A stretch of DNA of 64,000 bases from a virus. Lineage: Duplodnaviria; Caudoviricetes. Under the pieces are notes generated by a model. That model worked only from the letters and a program-made list of their open reading frames with translations, did not search any database and was not told where the DNA came from. The stretch is from IMG/VR virus record IMGVR_UViG_2751185671_000004, positions 106,233 through 170,232 of that record. One strand, 5' to 3'. Below, piece by piece: positions 9,655 to 20,700 of this stretch; position 1 is the stretch's first letter; every line of letters begins with the position of its first letter. Made by a program: the position numbers and the translations under genes.

Positions 9655-10356
9655 ATGAGGGAAAGACACAATGATTATCATCACAGTCATTCAACACAAT
9701 CAGTTTTTCCTTCAACTCATAATTCGTTAACTCAATCGCAACCTTCGTCTATAGCGTTGAGATTACGCTTGAAGCCAAGCCCAACAAAAGCTAGCGCTAG
9801 CTCGTCATCTAGAATGTCAAGGTCGACACAGATAGGAAAACAAATTTTTGATAAATATTCTCCCTCGCAATTTACTTCTCTTCGTAATGATCAAAAATCT
9901 TATTTACGATCTTACTATGATTATATGAAATGGCCTCATCATTCGAGCCTTGAAATAAAAAGATTAGTCAAAAGAGACTCGTCTGAAGTAGAAGATCTTC
10001 TTGGTCAGAAGAGACAACATCTCTCCAGAAAAGAAAGCGCAAAGTTATCTCGATTAGCCAGCGGTCGAGACAGCTATAATAGTTATCTATCGAAGACTAA
10101 AACAACATTCACTCTGAGAGAACGGCAATATGCACGTGAATACTTAATATCAAAAGGTAAAGATATACCATCTGTATTTGCGAAGGAAAGATATACAAGA
10201 GATGACGCAACTGCCAAGCCAGCGGCATATGATAGCGCAGACTCTCGACGACAAGCCTCATATCGATACGAAGCTCGGAAAGCAGCGGAAAGATCTACAG
10301 ATTCAGCAAAAAGAGCAAAATTAAACGATCCGAATTGGTGGGCATACTTACAGTGA
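9655..10356 (+). CDS. Orphan basic Ser-rich protein, effector-like; original start probably 9582 with a 1-bp insertion
   Basis: 233-aa ORF; upstream ATG at 9582 is one base out of frame, and PSGIPGAYYCNK continues in frame into the ORF. Confidence 0.6.
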   Translation: MRERHNDYHHSHSTQSVFPSTHNSLTQSQPSSIALRLRLKPSPTKASASSSSRMSRSTQIGKQIFDKYSPSQFTSLRNDQKSYLRSYYDYMKWPHHSSLEIKRLVKRDSSEVEDLLGQKRQHLSRKESAKLSRLASGRDSYNSYLSKTKTTFTLRERQYAREYLISKGKDIPSVFAKERYTRDDATAKPAAYDSADSRRQASYRYEARKAAERSTDSAKRAKLNDPNWWAYLQ

Positions 10357-10420
10357 TAGTAATGTTATCAAATTACTTATTTTTTGATAAATGAAAAAAT
10401 ATAAGTTTAACGTTAACATT

Positions 10421-10448
10421 TTTCTAAGCTGCCTATACGGAAGTGAAC
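10421..10448 (-). CRISPR. Solitary type I-F CRISPR repeat (27/28)
   Basis: TTTCTAAGCTGCCTATACGGAAGTGAAC. Confidence 0.88.
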
Positions 10449-10594
10449 AACAGTAAAAATCCCCAGTGGACTTTAATTTCTGTGACTTAATAAAGTCTAT
10501 AAAATAATATAGCAATTGGTGTAACTCTGCGTTTTTGAACTATAAGACAGAATTAGCTTTCTACTTACTCTTGAATTTATAAGATTAATTACAG

Positions 10595-10622
10595 GGAACC
10601 ATTTTTTTCTTTATTTCACATA
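10595..10622 (+). promoter_or_regulatory. HrpL-box-like promoter
   Basis: GGAACC-N15-TCACATA, one base from GGAACC-N15/16-CCACNNA. Confidence 0.7.
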
Positions 10623-10668
10623 TTTATTACTATTGTAAACACTGCAACTGATTTTAAAAGAGAAAACA

Positions 10669-11382
10669 ATGCCTAGACGTATAGATCGAAAAACAAGCCC
10701 TTTGATACCTCTGCACCATAAGCATTTGACACTTAATAAGAGGTTGAGGCACACAGAGCCAAGACCTCCAGTAATGCACCGGCGCCGCTCGTTTCACCAC
10801 ACGGCTCCAGAAACTAGAGCATTAAAAAGGCGGCATTCCCATAATCGTACAAGGCCACAACCTAGACCATTAATGCAAAATCAATTTTTTAAGTGGCCGG
10901 TGAAGAAAAGAAGCAGAGAATATGATAACGAGACTATAGGTCATGCTAGAGCACCTGCTATTAGAGGCCGCAAAATAGATCGTTTGAGTAACGAACAGCT
11001 CAAGCGTCGTGAGTTAACATTTCATAATGGTAGAGTTTTTGACTCTAAAGGAAATCGATTTGATACACGTGATTCGACAGAAAAAATGATAGGTAGGCCA
11101 CGAGTGAAAACTGACAAGGCAAACTTTATTATGACAGGGAATGGAAAAATCCGAGTAGATAAACATCCGACCGTTGGCAAAAGGCATCATACGTCTTTAG
11201 CAAGAAAAGGAGGTGCTGTCGCAGGTGCTGGTAAAATAGCTGTATATAATGGTCATTTAGTCGATGTTACAGATGAGAGTGGCCATTATAAAACTACTCG
11301 TAAAATGATGAAAAATGTGGAGAGGCAATTTAAAGAGAATGGTATAAATACTACAGGAAAATTTACCCGTTTTTTTAGTTAG
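10669..11382 (+). CDS. Effector-like protein with C-terminal HH..AG..SGHY toxin-type domain
   Basis: Disordered R/H/P-rich N-terminus; RHHTSLARKGGAVAGAGKIAVYNGHLVDVTDESGHYK. Confidence 0.7.
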   Translation: MPRRIDRKTSPLIPLHHKHLTLNKRLRHTEPRPPVMHRRRSFHHTAPETRALKRRHSHNRTRPQPRPLMQNQFFKWPVKKRSREYDNETIGHARAPAIRGRKIDRLSNEQLKRRELTFHNGRVFDSKGNRFDTRDSTEKMIGRPRVKTDKANFIMTGNGKIRVDKHPTVGKRHHTSLARKGGAVAGAGKIAVYNGHLVDVTDESGHYKTTRKMMKNVERQFKENGINTTGKFTRFFS

Positions 11383-11461
11383 ACAAGGTTTGATGATATA
11401 CCCACAACTAAGAATTAATACTAGTTAAAACGATTGTCACACGTAATTATTTTGAAGCAAT

Positions 11462-11493
11462 AAAACCCTTAGTAAATTTTTTATCAAGGGTTT
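11462..11493 (+). terminator. Terminator-like hairpin after 10669-11382
   Basis: AAAACCCTT...AAGGGTTTT. Confidence 0.5.
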
Positions 11494-11558
11494 TGTTCTT
11501 TAAAGATAATGAAATACTACAGAATTTTCTCACATAAAAATGGAGTTTTAAATAGATA

Positions 11559-11586
11559 TTTCTAAGCTGCCTATACGGCAGTGAAC
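11559..11586 (-). CRISPR. Perfect type I-F CRISPR repeat, leader-proximal, no array
   Basis: TTTCTAAGCTGCCTATACGGCAGTGAAC = reverse complement of GTTCACTGCCGTATAGGCAGCTTAGAAA. Confidence 0.92.
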
Positions 11587-11717
11587 AATACAAAAACCAC
11601 AATAAGCATCTGATTATTAAAGAACTTTTATGCTTTTTAGCATAAATACCCTTTTTTATTTTCTTACATCAAACCCACGTAAAATGCGGACTGTGGTGAT
11701 ACTCGAAAAAAAGGGTA
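11587..11717 (-). promoter_or_regulatory. Type I-F CRISPR leader
   Basis: Minus strand ACCCTTTTTTT...AAAAAAGGGT inverted motifs and IHF-like AATCAGATGCTTA just upstream of the repeat; homologous copy at ~54775-54996. Confidence 0.8.
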
Positions 11718-12245
11718 CAACCGAAGAATAGTGTAAATGAACAATTACTCATCTCACAAAGACTAAGGTGACAATATTTATACTAACAGCTTGGCACCTA
11801 TATTTTCATTCTGAGCGCGACAAACTCTCATTTACACCAGAGGCCTTTAAAAAAGTATCTTCTAGTTTCACTTAAGAGCCAATATGAATGCAGGATAATA
11901 ATAAGTTAAGTTTTTCACAAAACATGTCATATGATTGGTGCATACTCAAATATGTATGATAAAGACACTAGTAATTTGCTGGCTTTATATAAGACTCACT
12001 CTATATCAATTCAATTTAGCTGAAGTATTTTCAATCTATTGTGACTTACGTGAAAACTTAAGCAGCTTCACAGTCTCACATAAAAAATATAACAGAGAAT
12101 AATAATAAAGCTTATCGATGAGATGCATCATGGGATCGCACTATAGAATTACACATTACTTTAGAGCCCTAACGCCAGGAATTAAAAAGGTCTTACGTAT
12201 TTTTGGTAATTAAGCGACGAATGCCTCGGTGAGTGTTGTCGCACG

Positions 12246-12769
12246 ATGGGTAAAATCGGGGTATATCCCTTGCGATAAAGTATAGGAAGTGATGCTGTTG
12301 GATAGCGCCGATTTATTGGCAAAGTTAGGCCATTACAGTGTTTTTGGTATCGAGGTTAATGCGGTGCATTATACCCATCCCTATTAAGTTCCGTTTTCAT
12401 AATTCTCTTGAAGAAGGGCAACTGTTGCCTATTCCCGATCTTATCGTCGACTACGGGTGTATGCTGTTGAGTGAAAAGTCTTACCGTATTTTTTACGCAA
12501 TGCTGGCAGAGCATGGAGAATTCTTACCCATCTATTCCGGCAATACACGAGCTTATCTTTATAACCCGCTAAAAGTTGCCAAACAATTTAATGGGCTAGA
12601 TATAAAAAAATCTACAAAAAATGAATATGAATACGATAACTATCTCGGGATTTATTGCCGACACGATTTTAGCGACACGGTGATGCGTCATAACTTGCGC
12701 GGTATTGTTTTTGAAGAAAACATTGCTTTGTCATTTCCAGCAGACCCGGCAGTCTTGGCCGAAGACTAA
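12246..12769 (+). pseudogene. Decayed immunity-like protein (Imm11/DUF1629-like)
   Basis: IPDLIVDYG..LLSEKSY..GEFLPI motifs; the 5' part is broken by stops and frameshifts. Confidence 0.4.
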
Positions 12770-13268
12770 TAATCAATAATCTATGGGGGAGCAAGACCAA
12801 GGAAGACGAACACTCAGCAAGGACGCTTTTTTTATCTGTTACACATTACGACCAAAGTCGCATACGCGGCACGAATTATCACAACCTACATTTATAGTTA
12901 ACATCAACATTATTCACATGTTCATGAGTTATTCATGTTTCTACGTGTAAGGAGCTATGTTGTATGAAAAAAATTCATATAGCTAATATGTCACCTAAAA
13001 CACTGTATTTTAATACACCTTATGTTAAAATTTTCGACAAGTTAGTGTTTATTTTTCCATATTTTTCTCGAATAACGCGGTGTAATTTTTTAAAAAAATA
13101 TATTGATATACCGTGTTTTCGCAAAGGTTTAGGAAGCCGATATTTAACGTTTAAGGATACATCACATGTTTATCGTCCAGTAAAGTATTTAATCCCAACG
13201 ACACATACACATAACATACCTTATGGTGAGGTATTTCTGTGTGCTTTTCATTTATACAAGGAGGATGT

Positions 13269-14759
13269 ATGAATCCCTCTCGCCTTACTATTTCTTGTTG
13301 TTCTTTTATTTTTGTGAATATAGAAAAGAAAAGGACATATAACTTAATCAACAAAGCTCTTCTATTCGTCTGTTTTTTTTCGATGACTTACACTTTATCT
13401 CGTCCTGCTTATGCGGATATTGTCCCTTTAGATATTTCTCTAGGCGTTAATTACGATGGCTATATTTCCAATGCCGAGGCGAGTCATGCGGCATTATACG
13501 ATCCACCTTCAAGTTGGGGATTTGTCAGTCGAGATGTTGGTCGTGTCTTTGGCGAACATCAACTGGGCTTTTGGGGAACCTATAGTTGGGATAATCAGAG
13601 TGATTCTGGTTTACCTGTAAGTGGTGAGTTATCGACTAACTACGGTATTTTTCGCCTTAATACCTCACGTGACGCAGCACCTCAAGCGGGCTTTGTACTG
13701 CCACCGCAAGGATCAACACCACAACTTTCAACACACCCCAATGTTGTGCGAGCACATCGTCCTCATAGCCCATCGCTTGAGCATCCTGGTGCTGCTGTTG
13801 ACGTTACTTTACCCATAGAGCAACACGCCCGTTACGCCTCCATTAATTTTTTAATGTCAGGTAGTGGCAATAAAACAATGCTCTATGCCCTTTACGACAA
13901 TGGGCTAGGAGATGTGGATCGCGTATTGATTTATGACTCAATGGGCATCCCTGATCCGGAAGTACAAGAGATCGGGTTTCCTGAACCAAGAAGTGTCAGC
14001 ACGAATAATCCGGATCTTGTTTCTGCGTTGAGGATGGATAATCGCTGGGAGAATTATGAGGGGCGCTCTCATATTCGTCCAGGCATTACCCATATTTGGA
14101 CATTTGCTTCCCCGTTAGCGCTTGACTCTTCACGTACATTACGTGGATTTACCTTAGCCGTTTATAACGAAGATATTTGGAAAGCACGCTCCGCATTTAT
14201 TTATGCGGCGTCGGCGGATCGACTCAACGTGCCTGCCCTCAGTTCAGCGGCGAAAGCCACCACCATTGCTGAAGATGGCTCACGCTATGTCAGTACGCAT
14301 AATAATTTATTACGAAAAATTGATAACAATGGTGCTGAGCTTTGGTCACAGTCGTTAGGACTAATTAATAGCGAACCGCTCATCGGTGCTAGTAATACAT
14401 TATTTGTCGGTTCTACCAATGCTCATGTATACAGCATTAATGCCGACGCAGGTAATGTGTTGTGGTCAGCCGATACACAAGGCGCGGTTGCTGGTCTTGC
14501 CTTTAATAATGAAAAAAATACAGTATTCGCCATTACTCAAAATGGTTGGCTTTACGCCTTCGATTTAAATGGTACTGAACTGTGGCGTTTACGCCTTAAT
14601 GTATCGGCCAATGCCACCGTCAATGCTGCCCCCATCGTTTCCCCTGCAAGTGCACCCACGGATTATCTTTATATCAAAGATAGTGAAGGACGTTTGTATG
14701 CAGTGGAGCCTGCCAATCCATTACAGAACAGGGAGGCGAGTGTCGTATGGGTACGTTAA
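13269..14759 (+). CDS. Secreted protein with C-terminal PQQ/BamB-type propeller blades (about 4)
   Basis: GGAGG RBS before ATG 13269; signal-peptide-like segment ending AYA; repeated G..LW blades; overlaps the Rhs gene start. Confidence 0.8.
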   Translation: MNPSRLTISCCSFIFVNIEKKRTYNLINKALLFVCFFSMTYTLSRPAYADIVPLDISLGVNYDGYISNAEASHAALYDPPSSWGFVSRDVGRVFGEHQLGFWGTYSWDNQSDSGLPVSGELSTNYGIFRLNTSRDAAPQAGFVLPPQGSTPQLSTHPNVVRAHRPHSPSLEHPGAAVDVTLPIEQHARYASINFLMSGSGNKTMLYALYDNGLGDVDRVLIYDSMGIPDPEVQEIGFPEPRSVSTNNPDLVSALRMDNRWENYEGRSHIRPGITHIWTFASPLALDSSRTLRGFTLAVYNEDIWKARSAFIYAASADRLNVPALSSAAKATTIAEDGSRYVSTHNNLLRKIDNNGAELWSQSLGLINSEPLIGASNTLFVGSTNAHVYSINADAGNVLWSADTQGAVAGLAFNNEKNTVFAITQNGWLYAFDLNGTELWRLRLNVSANATVNAAPIVSPASAPTDYLYIKDSEGRLYAVEPANPLQNREASVVWVR

Positions 14760-17700
14760 ATTCTAAAAACGTTGTTCACCGTAGCATGAATAAAAATGAT
14801 CATATTTTTGCTGGGAGCTTTTTAGCAATGAACCTGCATAATCTTAAATTTTTTCACTATATTTTATTACCATTATTTTTTGTCTTTAGTCCATTCGTAA
14901 GCGCACAACAATCCTATTTTAATTTTCTTGATGTGGAGAATGTCAGCGGATCGGGTTCCACAGCCACTTATACCGATACTAATGGCACTTACAGAATTTC
15001 TTATTCCTTCCCATTTATCCCTAACATCGATGCAACACGCTTAACGGCAACGCGCACCTTTAATGGCCAACAAACACGCTTGGATTTTGGGTACGTGGAT
15101 GGTGAAACACGCACCATTACGCTCAACCATGATAACGGTGTGTATCGGTATTATGCTGAGTCGGAAATTAATGATCATGGTGATCCTGATGGTGGCGGAA
15201 CGGATATTGATCTCATCGGCACTATTACGGTCATTCGTCAACTAGGTTCCATGGGAACCATTTCGTTACCCAACTACTGTATTAATAGTTATACCGTTAG
15301 TTGGCCAGCGGTCTCAGCAGCGAATCGTTACGATATTGAAGAATCTTCTAATGGGGGGAGCACATGGACACGTTTAACCAATCCGGCTGGCGCAAGTGCC
15401 ACCTCAATTTCACGACCCGGCATTAACACCGGCGAAGAACGTCGGTATCGCGTGCGCGCCTATTATGATCAACAACCCAACACACGCACGCCATGGCAAA
15501 CTTCTGCCCGTTGCCAAGGGAATATTAGGCCGAGTGTTTCATTGTTCTCTCCTAGCAATGGCCACTACCAATTATTGAACCAAGTACTTCTACTGTCAGC
15601 CAGTGCGACCGATACCAACGGCTCCGTCTCCTACGTGGATTTTTACCACGGCACAACACGTATTGCCCGTGATACCAGCGCACCGTTTACCGCTCAATGG
15701 ACACCCACACAATCAGGTGCACAAACACTGGAGGCTCGCGCTACCGATAACCATGGCGCCACCACACGTTCAACCGCTATCACGGTCAATGTGCACACAC
15801 GCCCCACCGTATTTATTAATAGTCCCGCACCTAACACACAATTTGATGTGGGAGACAGTGTGTCCATCGGCGCAACCGCCAGTGATGATGGCACCATCAC
15901 CCAAGTACAGTTTTTTCGCAATGGCAGTATCATCAGCACCGATACCAGCGCACCTTATACCGCCACGTGGACAGTCTCCGCTTCGGGTTTACATTCCATT
16001 ACCGCACAAGCCACCGATAATCACGGCATCACCAGTGCTTCTTCGCCAGTCGTGGTGATTGAAGGGATTGAACAAACCGCACCTAATTCAGCACCGACAG
16101 GATTAGCGGCAGACACTGGAGTAAATAACAGCACCGGGATTTACACACTCAGCTGGAATGCAGTAACAGATGCGAATGAATACGAGCTACAAGAATGCCG
16201 TTTAGCGACCTGCAGCGATGGCGATTTTACCCGCGTGATTCGCTCCGCCAATCGTGCCGCCTCTTTTACCGGCTTAGGCAATGGCAGCTACACCTATCGC
16301 GTCAATGCCTGTAATGATGTGGGGTGTTCAGCCTTTAGTGCCCCTTATACGGTGACTATCACCTTACCGGTACCACAACGCCCCGGCCCCACCTATTTAA
16401 AAACTTCAGCAGTATGTGCCAACGGTGCTACCAGTGGCCAAAGCACTGGCGCTTTCGAGATCTGTTGGGATGCGGTTACAGAAAACCTGGATCACTACTT
16501 AGTGGAAGAACAAATAGGGACTGGCCCTTGGCAGCAAATCGCCAATCAAAGCGCAACATCACTTGTACTTAATAATAAAACCACCAATACCTATTCCTAT
16601 CGTGTGCTGGCCTGTAATGATCAAAACGCCTGCAGTACGCCTGGAGGGATTTTATCCGTTAGTGTGATTGATACTCCGGTGATTTACAGCGCATCACTCG
16701 CTTGCGATGGCACCTGTGTGTCGATTGCTGGGACGGGCTTTGATACGAATACGCAAGTGGCTGTGAGTTCTATTACAACCAGCCCGTTAAACCAAACGTT
16801 TAGTTCACCTGAATTAATCGTTAACAACGATTCCCTGCAATTGCCTATCGATGATGCCTTGGTGATTGATGCCTTAAATAACCTTGGCGGTTTGTCATTA
16901 GCGGTGGTCAACACCACCAATAATAATCGCGCGAGCACACAGGTCTATCCCAATAATGCATCACCGGAACCTGCCGTCAATAGTGGGCCACCTACCATCA
17001 GTGCTAACGGGATTATTTATATTGGCCGTGGTGATCAACTGTATGCCTATGACAGTGCCGGTACGCTTATTACGGGATGGCCAGTGGATATTCAAGAACC
17101 GATTACCACCCAGCCTGCCCTTTCTGTGAATGAAAATACCGTCTACGTGGGCGGCGGTGATCGCCACCTTGTGGCGGTGGGTGGCGCTGAAGATGTACTC
17201 AGTGGCCAAATCCATTGGCAATTCCCCGCAGCAGGCGCGGTGGCTTCACCTCTAGTAGATCAATATGACTTTGTTTACGCGGGTGCGATGGACAGCCGTT
17301 TCTATTCCCTTGGCACCGATGGCCAGGTTCGCTGGACATATAACGCCACTGCCGGTATTGCCGAAAAGCCAGTGATTTATGGGGATTACAGTCTGTCCTT
17401 TAGTTCTGTGGATGGGCAATTGCATCAGCTACGGGCTGGGGTGATCGGGCCGGAGCAACTCAACTGGCAAAGTATCGATCAATCCTTATTGCGTGATTAT
17501 TTAAGCACTGTTGGCGAAGACTTTGAGCAGTTTGTGGTGGACGGTTGGGATGCTACCGAACTCTTTCAAGTGGGGCGTTTATTTGAAGGCTTATTGCGTC
17601 GTCATCCTGATAAAGAAACACTCACATTCTGGACCTATGCCTTACTGCCAGATTATGGCGCGACCTTAGAAGAGGTGACGGAAGCCTTTTTAACCTCTGA

Positions 17701-20700
17701 TTCCGGTGTTGCCCTTTACGGCGGTTTAACCGACTTCCTCTATGTGGGTGCTCTGTATGAGAATGTGTTAAATATTACCGAGTGGGTGGATACACCCGAA
17801 TATCAAGCAGACCTCGCAGCACTCACCAGCGGTGCACTTACGCGCACGCAATTAGCCATGCAGCTAGTCGGCAGCGAAACCTTCTCTACCCGCGTTGACC
17901 AAGAATTACTGCGTATTTTCCAAATCTTTTATGGCTTTTGTTTAGAAGCCAATTGCGACTTTTTACTGGACAGCGATAACGATGGCCTGGGCGATCAGTG
18001 GGAACTCACACACTTTGGCGACCTCACCAGCCAAAGCGGTGATGGGGATGCCGATGGCGACGGCTTGACTAATTATCAAGAGTACTTAGCCAATAGCAGC
18101 CCTGCCTTGGGCGCACCGGATGCAGCGCCTTTGCCTGCCAGTAAACCGGAAGATCCTGATACCAGCATATCCGATGCCATCGGCTCTATTGAAGGCCAGT
18201 TTCGGGTCAATGAGCAGGGTTCTGCTACCTACACGATTCCCATTACCACGATGGCGGGCACCGCCGGTGTTGCCCCGAGTTTTTCTTTGCATTATACCAG
18301 TCAAAACAATCGTGGAATTGCGGGCAAAGGCTGGGGGCTAAGTGGTTTATCAAGCATTAGCCGCTGCCGTCAGACGCTAGGACGCGATGGTGTTGCATTG
18401 CCGATTACCTGGGGAGAAAGAGACCGCTTTTGTCTGAATGGCCAGCGCTTAGTACTAACCTCTGGCGCATCCTATGGCGCTGTAGGGGCGACCTATAAAA
18501 CTGAAATCGATAGCTTTATTACAGTCACATCTGTTGGCGGTAGTGCGGGTGCTCCAGAGTATTTCACCGCTGTGGCTAGAGACGGTTCCCTCACTACTTA
18601 CGGTTTTATTGAAGGTGACAACAATGCCCAACAAAGGACGTTCGATAACGCACATACGCTAATGTGGGTACAAAACCAATTTAAAGACAGTGTGGGCAAT
18701 CGTATTGAGTATGTGTATGCACAAACAGCAGGTAATGATCATCGAATTGCTTCTGTCCATTATGCTTACGGTAATGGCGATCAAGCCAATGCCGCCGTCT
18801 TCTTTGATTACGAAGACCGTCCTGATATTGAACGCTTTAATTTAGCCGGTTATGCCTTTGAGAGTACAAAGCGACTCGCGGCTATCCGCGTACAAAATAC
18901 AGTGAATAAAACACCTAGCGAAGTGCGACGGTATGATCTCAACTATGCGCCGTATCCCGCTGATGCCCATGTGCAAACCAGCCTCTTAGAAAACATAGAA
19001 GTGTGCGCCGGAGATGTATGTTTACTTCCAACAGTGTTTGCTTGGACACCGTCAGGGGAAGGACAAGAGCTTACGGATTTTGACACCACAGAATTTAGCG
19101 ATGCCGGTTTGCTAGTAGACTATAAGTTTGCCGATTTTAATGGTGATGGTGAGCAGGATATTGTCTTTTTACATACCTCGCCAATGGGCGATCAACAAAC
19201 GGTCAACTATGCCATGTCTGTGGCAGGCGAACTTGTCGCACAACCGTTTGCATCGGGAAGAACGAGTGAAATTTTACCTGATGTTGTTGGCGGTAGCTTT
19301 TTCTCTCGTGCCGCTGCTCAAATTCTAGTACTGGACTACAACGCTGATGGGCGTATGGATCTCGCCACCTATAGCGCCAGTGCTGGGGGTTGGCAGCTGT
19401 ATATATCGACGCCCACATCGAGCGGTTGGCGGTTAAAAAATCTTGGTGCAGACCATTTCCTAGATGCGAATTCCACATTGCTTTTTCTTGATATTGATAG
19501 CGATGGCTTATCCGATGCCGTATATCTTAACCGTCAACAACAGCGCTTAATAATAAGGCGATTAAAGCCTGGCAACGGTGCTATCGAGAGCGATACTTAT
19601 TTTGCGTTCGGTGCCGAGGAAAGCTTTTCGATTGATCCTCCTGCAGGTATTGAAGATGATATCGACGATGTTGATCAAATTGCCATCGCTACGGGGGATG
19701 TGACAGGTAATGGGCAAGCCGAACTGATGCTGCGCTACCGCTCCATTCACGAGGAACAAGGGACATTCCAGTTTTACTATCATATATACACCTTCGGTGA
19801 GAGTGCATTGCTTCCTTGGGGCAGCAGTATTTATTTAGAAGAATTGGAGCCAAGCACCACCGCACCGGAACAGTTTCCCCGTGTTAACCTTCAGGATCTA
19901 AATGGCGATGGCCTCGCCGACCTCACCTACTATTTTAAAGGACGGCTGAACTATTGGATAAATGACGGTTTACAATTTGGCACGAAGCAATCATTGTCTA
20001 TTCGCGGGCCGAGTATCGACGACTATGATCGGGCGCCCACGTTTGTCGACTATGATAATGATGGCGATCTCGACCTGATATACCATGCGTTTCCCACCGC
20101 CAATATTCGTATGTATCGTTGGGATATTCACACACACGCATTTTCCATCGATACAGAAAACATTCGACGCGGTGTGACGACAGATCCTGAAGAGACTAAC
20201 CGAGAAAACCATATCTTCTTTGATAGTAATGGCGATGGCCATCTGGATTATCATCGCTATCGCAGTGAGTCTGGTCGGTTGTTACGATTTTTAAGCACCC
20301 AGTCCAGCCCTCGCCATGTGATGACGCAAATAGAAAATGGCTTAGGAGGCATTACGGAGATTAGCCATGAAGCCCTTGCGAAAAGCTCTCATTACCACCG
20401 TATTGACGTGGGCGAGACACGGGCAACGCCACCCAATGCATTATGTGCCATTTGGGGAGAGTCCTTTTTAAATACCTGCCAAGACTATTACGCCTATGAT
20501 ACCGGGCAATTTTATAGTGAACTTAACAGCAACTGGAGTGAACATAACTCCCTAGGGAAGTATCAGCCGGTATTGGAATTCCACGGCTCTTTGCCCATCG
20601 TCACATCCATTTCAAGCTCCGCCCCTTCGGCAGGAGCAACGCCAGGTAATATCAATGCCGAAGCCATGAGTACCATTGCTTATTTCTATGGCGAAGCCAA

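Noticed and set aside
4631-11586. Calling a conventional CRISPR array
   Set aside because: Repeats are 1.1 kb and 5.8 kb apart, with no 32-nt spacers and no cas genes in the window
11621-11648. HrpL-like box inside the CRISPR leader (AGAACT-N15-ATAAATA)
   Set aside because: Lacks the conserved AC, has no downstream ORF and is not kept in the second leader copy
11715-11800. cas6f 3' remnant upstream of the leader
   Set aside because: Only a faint resemblance to a TVPWF-stop ending; no GLS motif, so unsupported
12964-13354. ORFs 12964-13272 and 13151-13354
   Set aside because: AT-rich upstream region of the Rhs operon with no protein-like features
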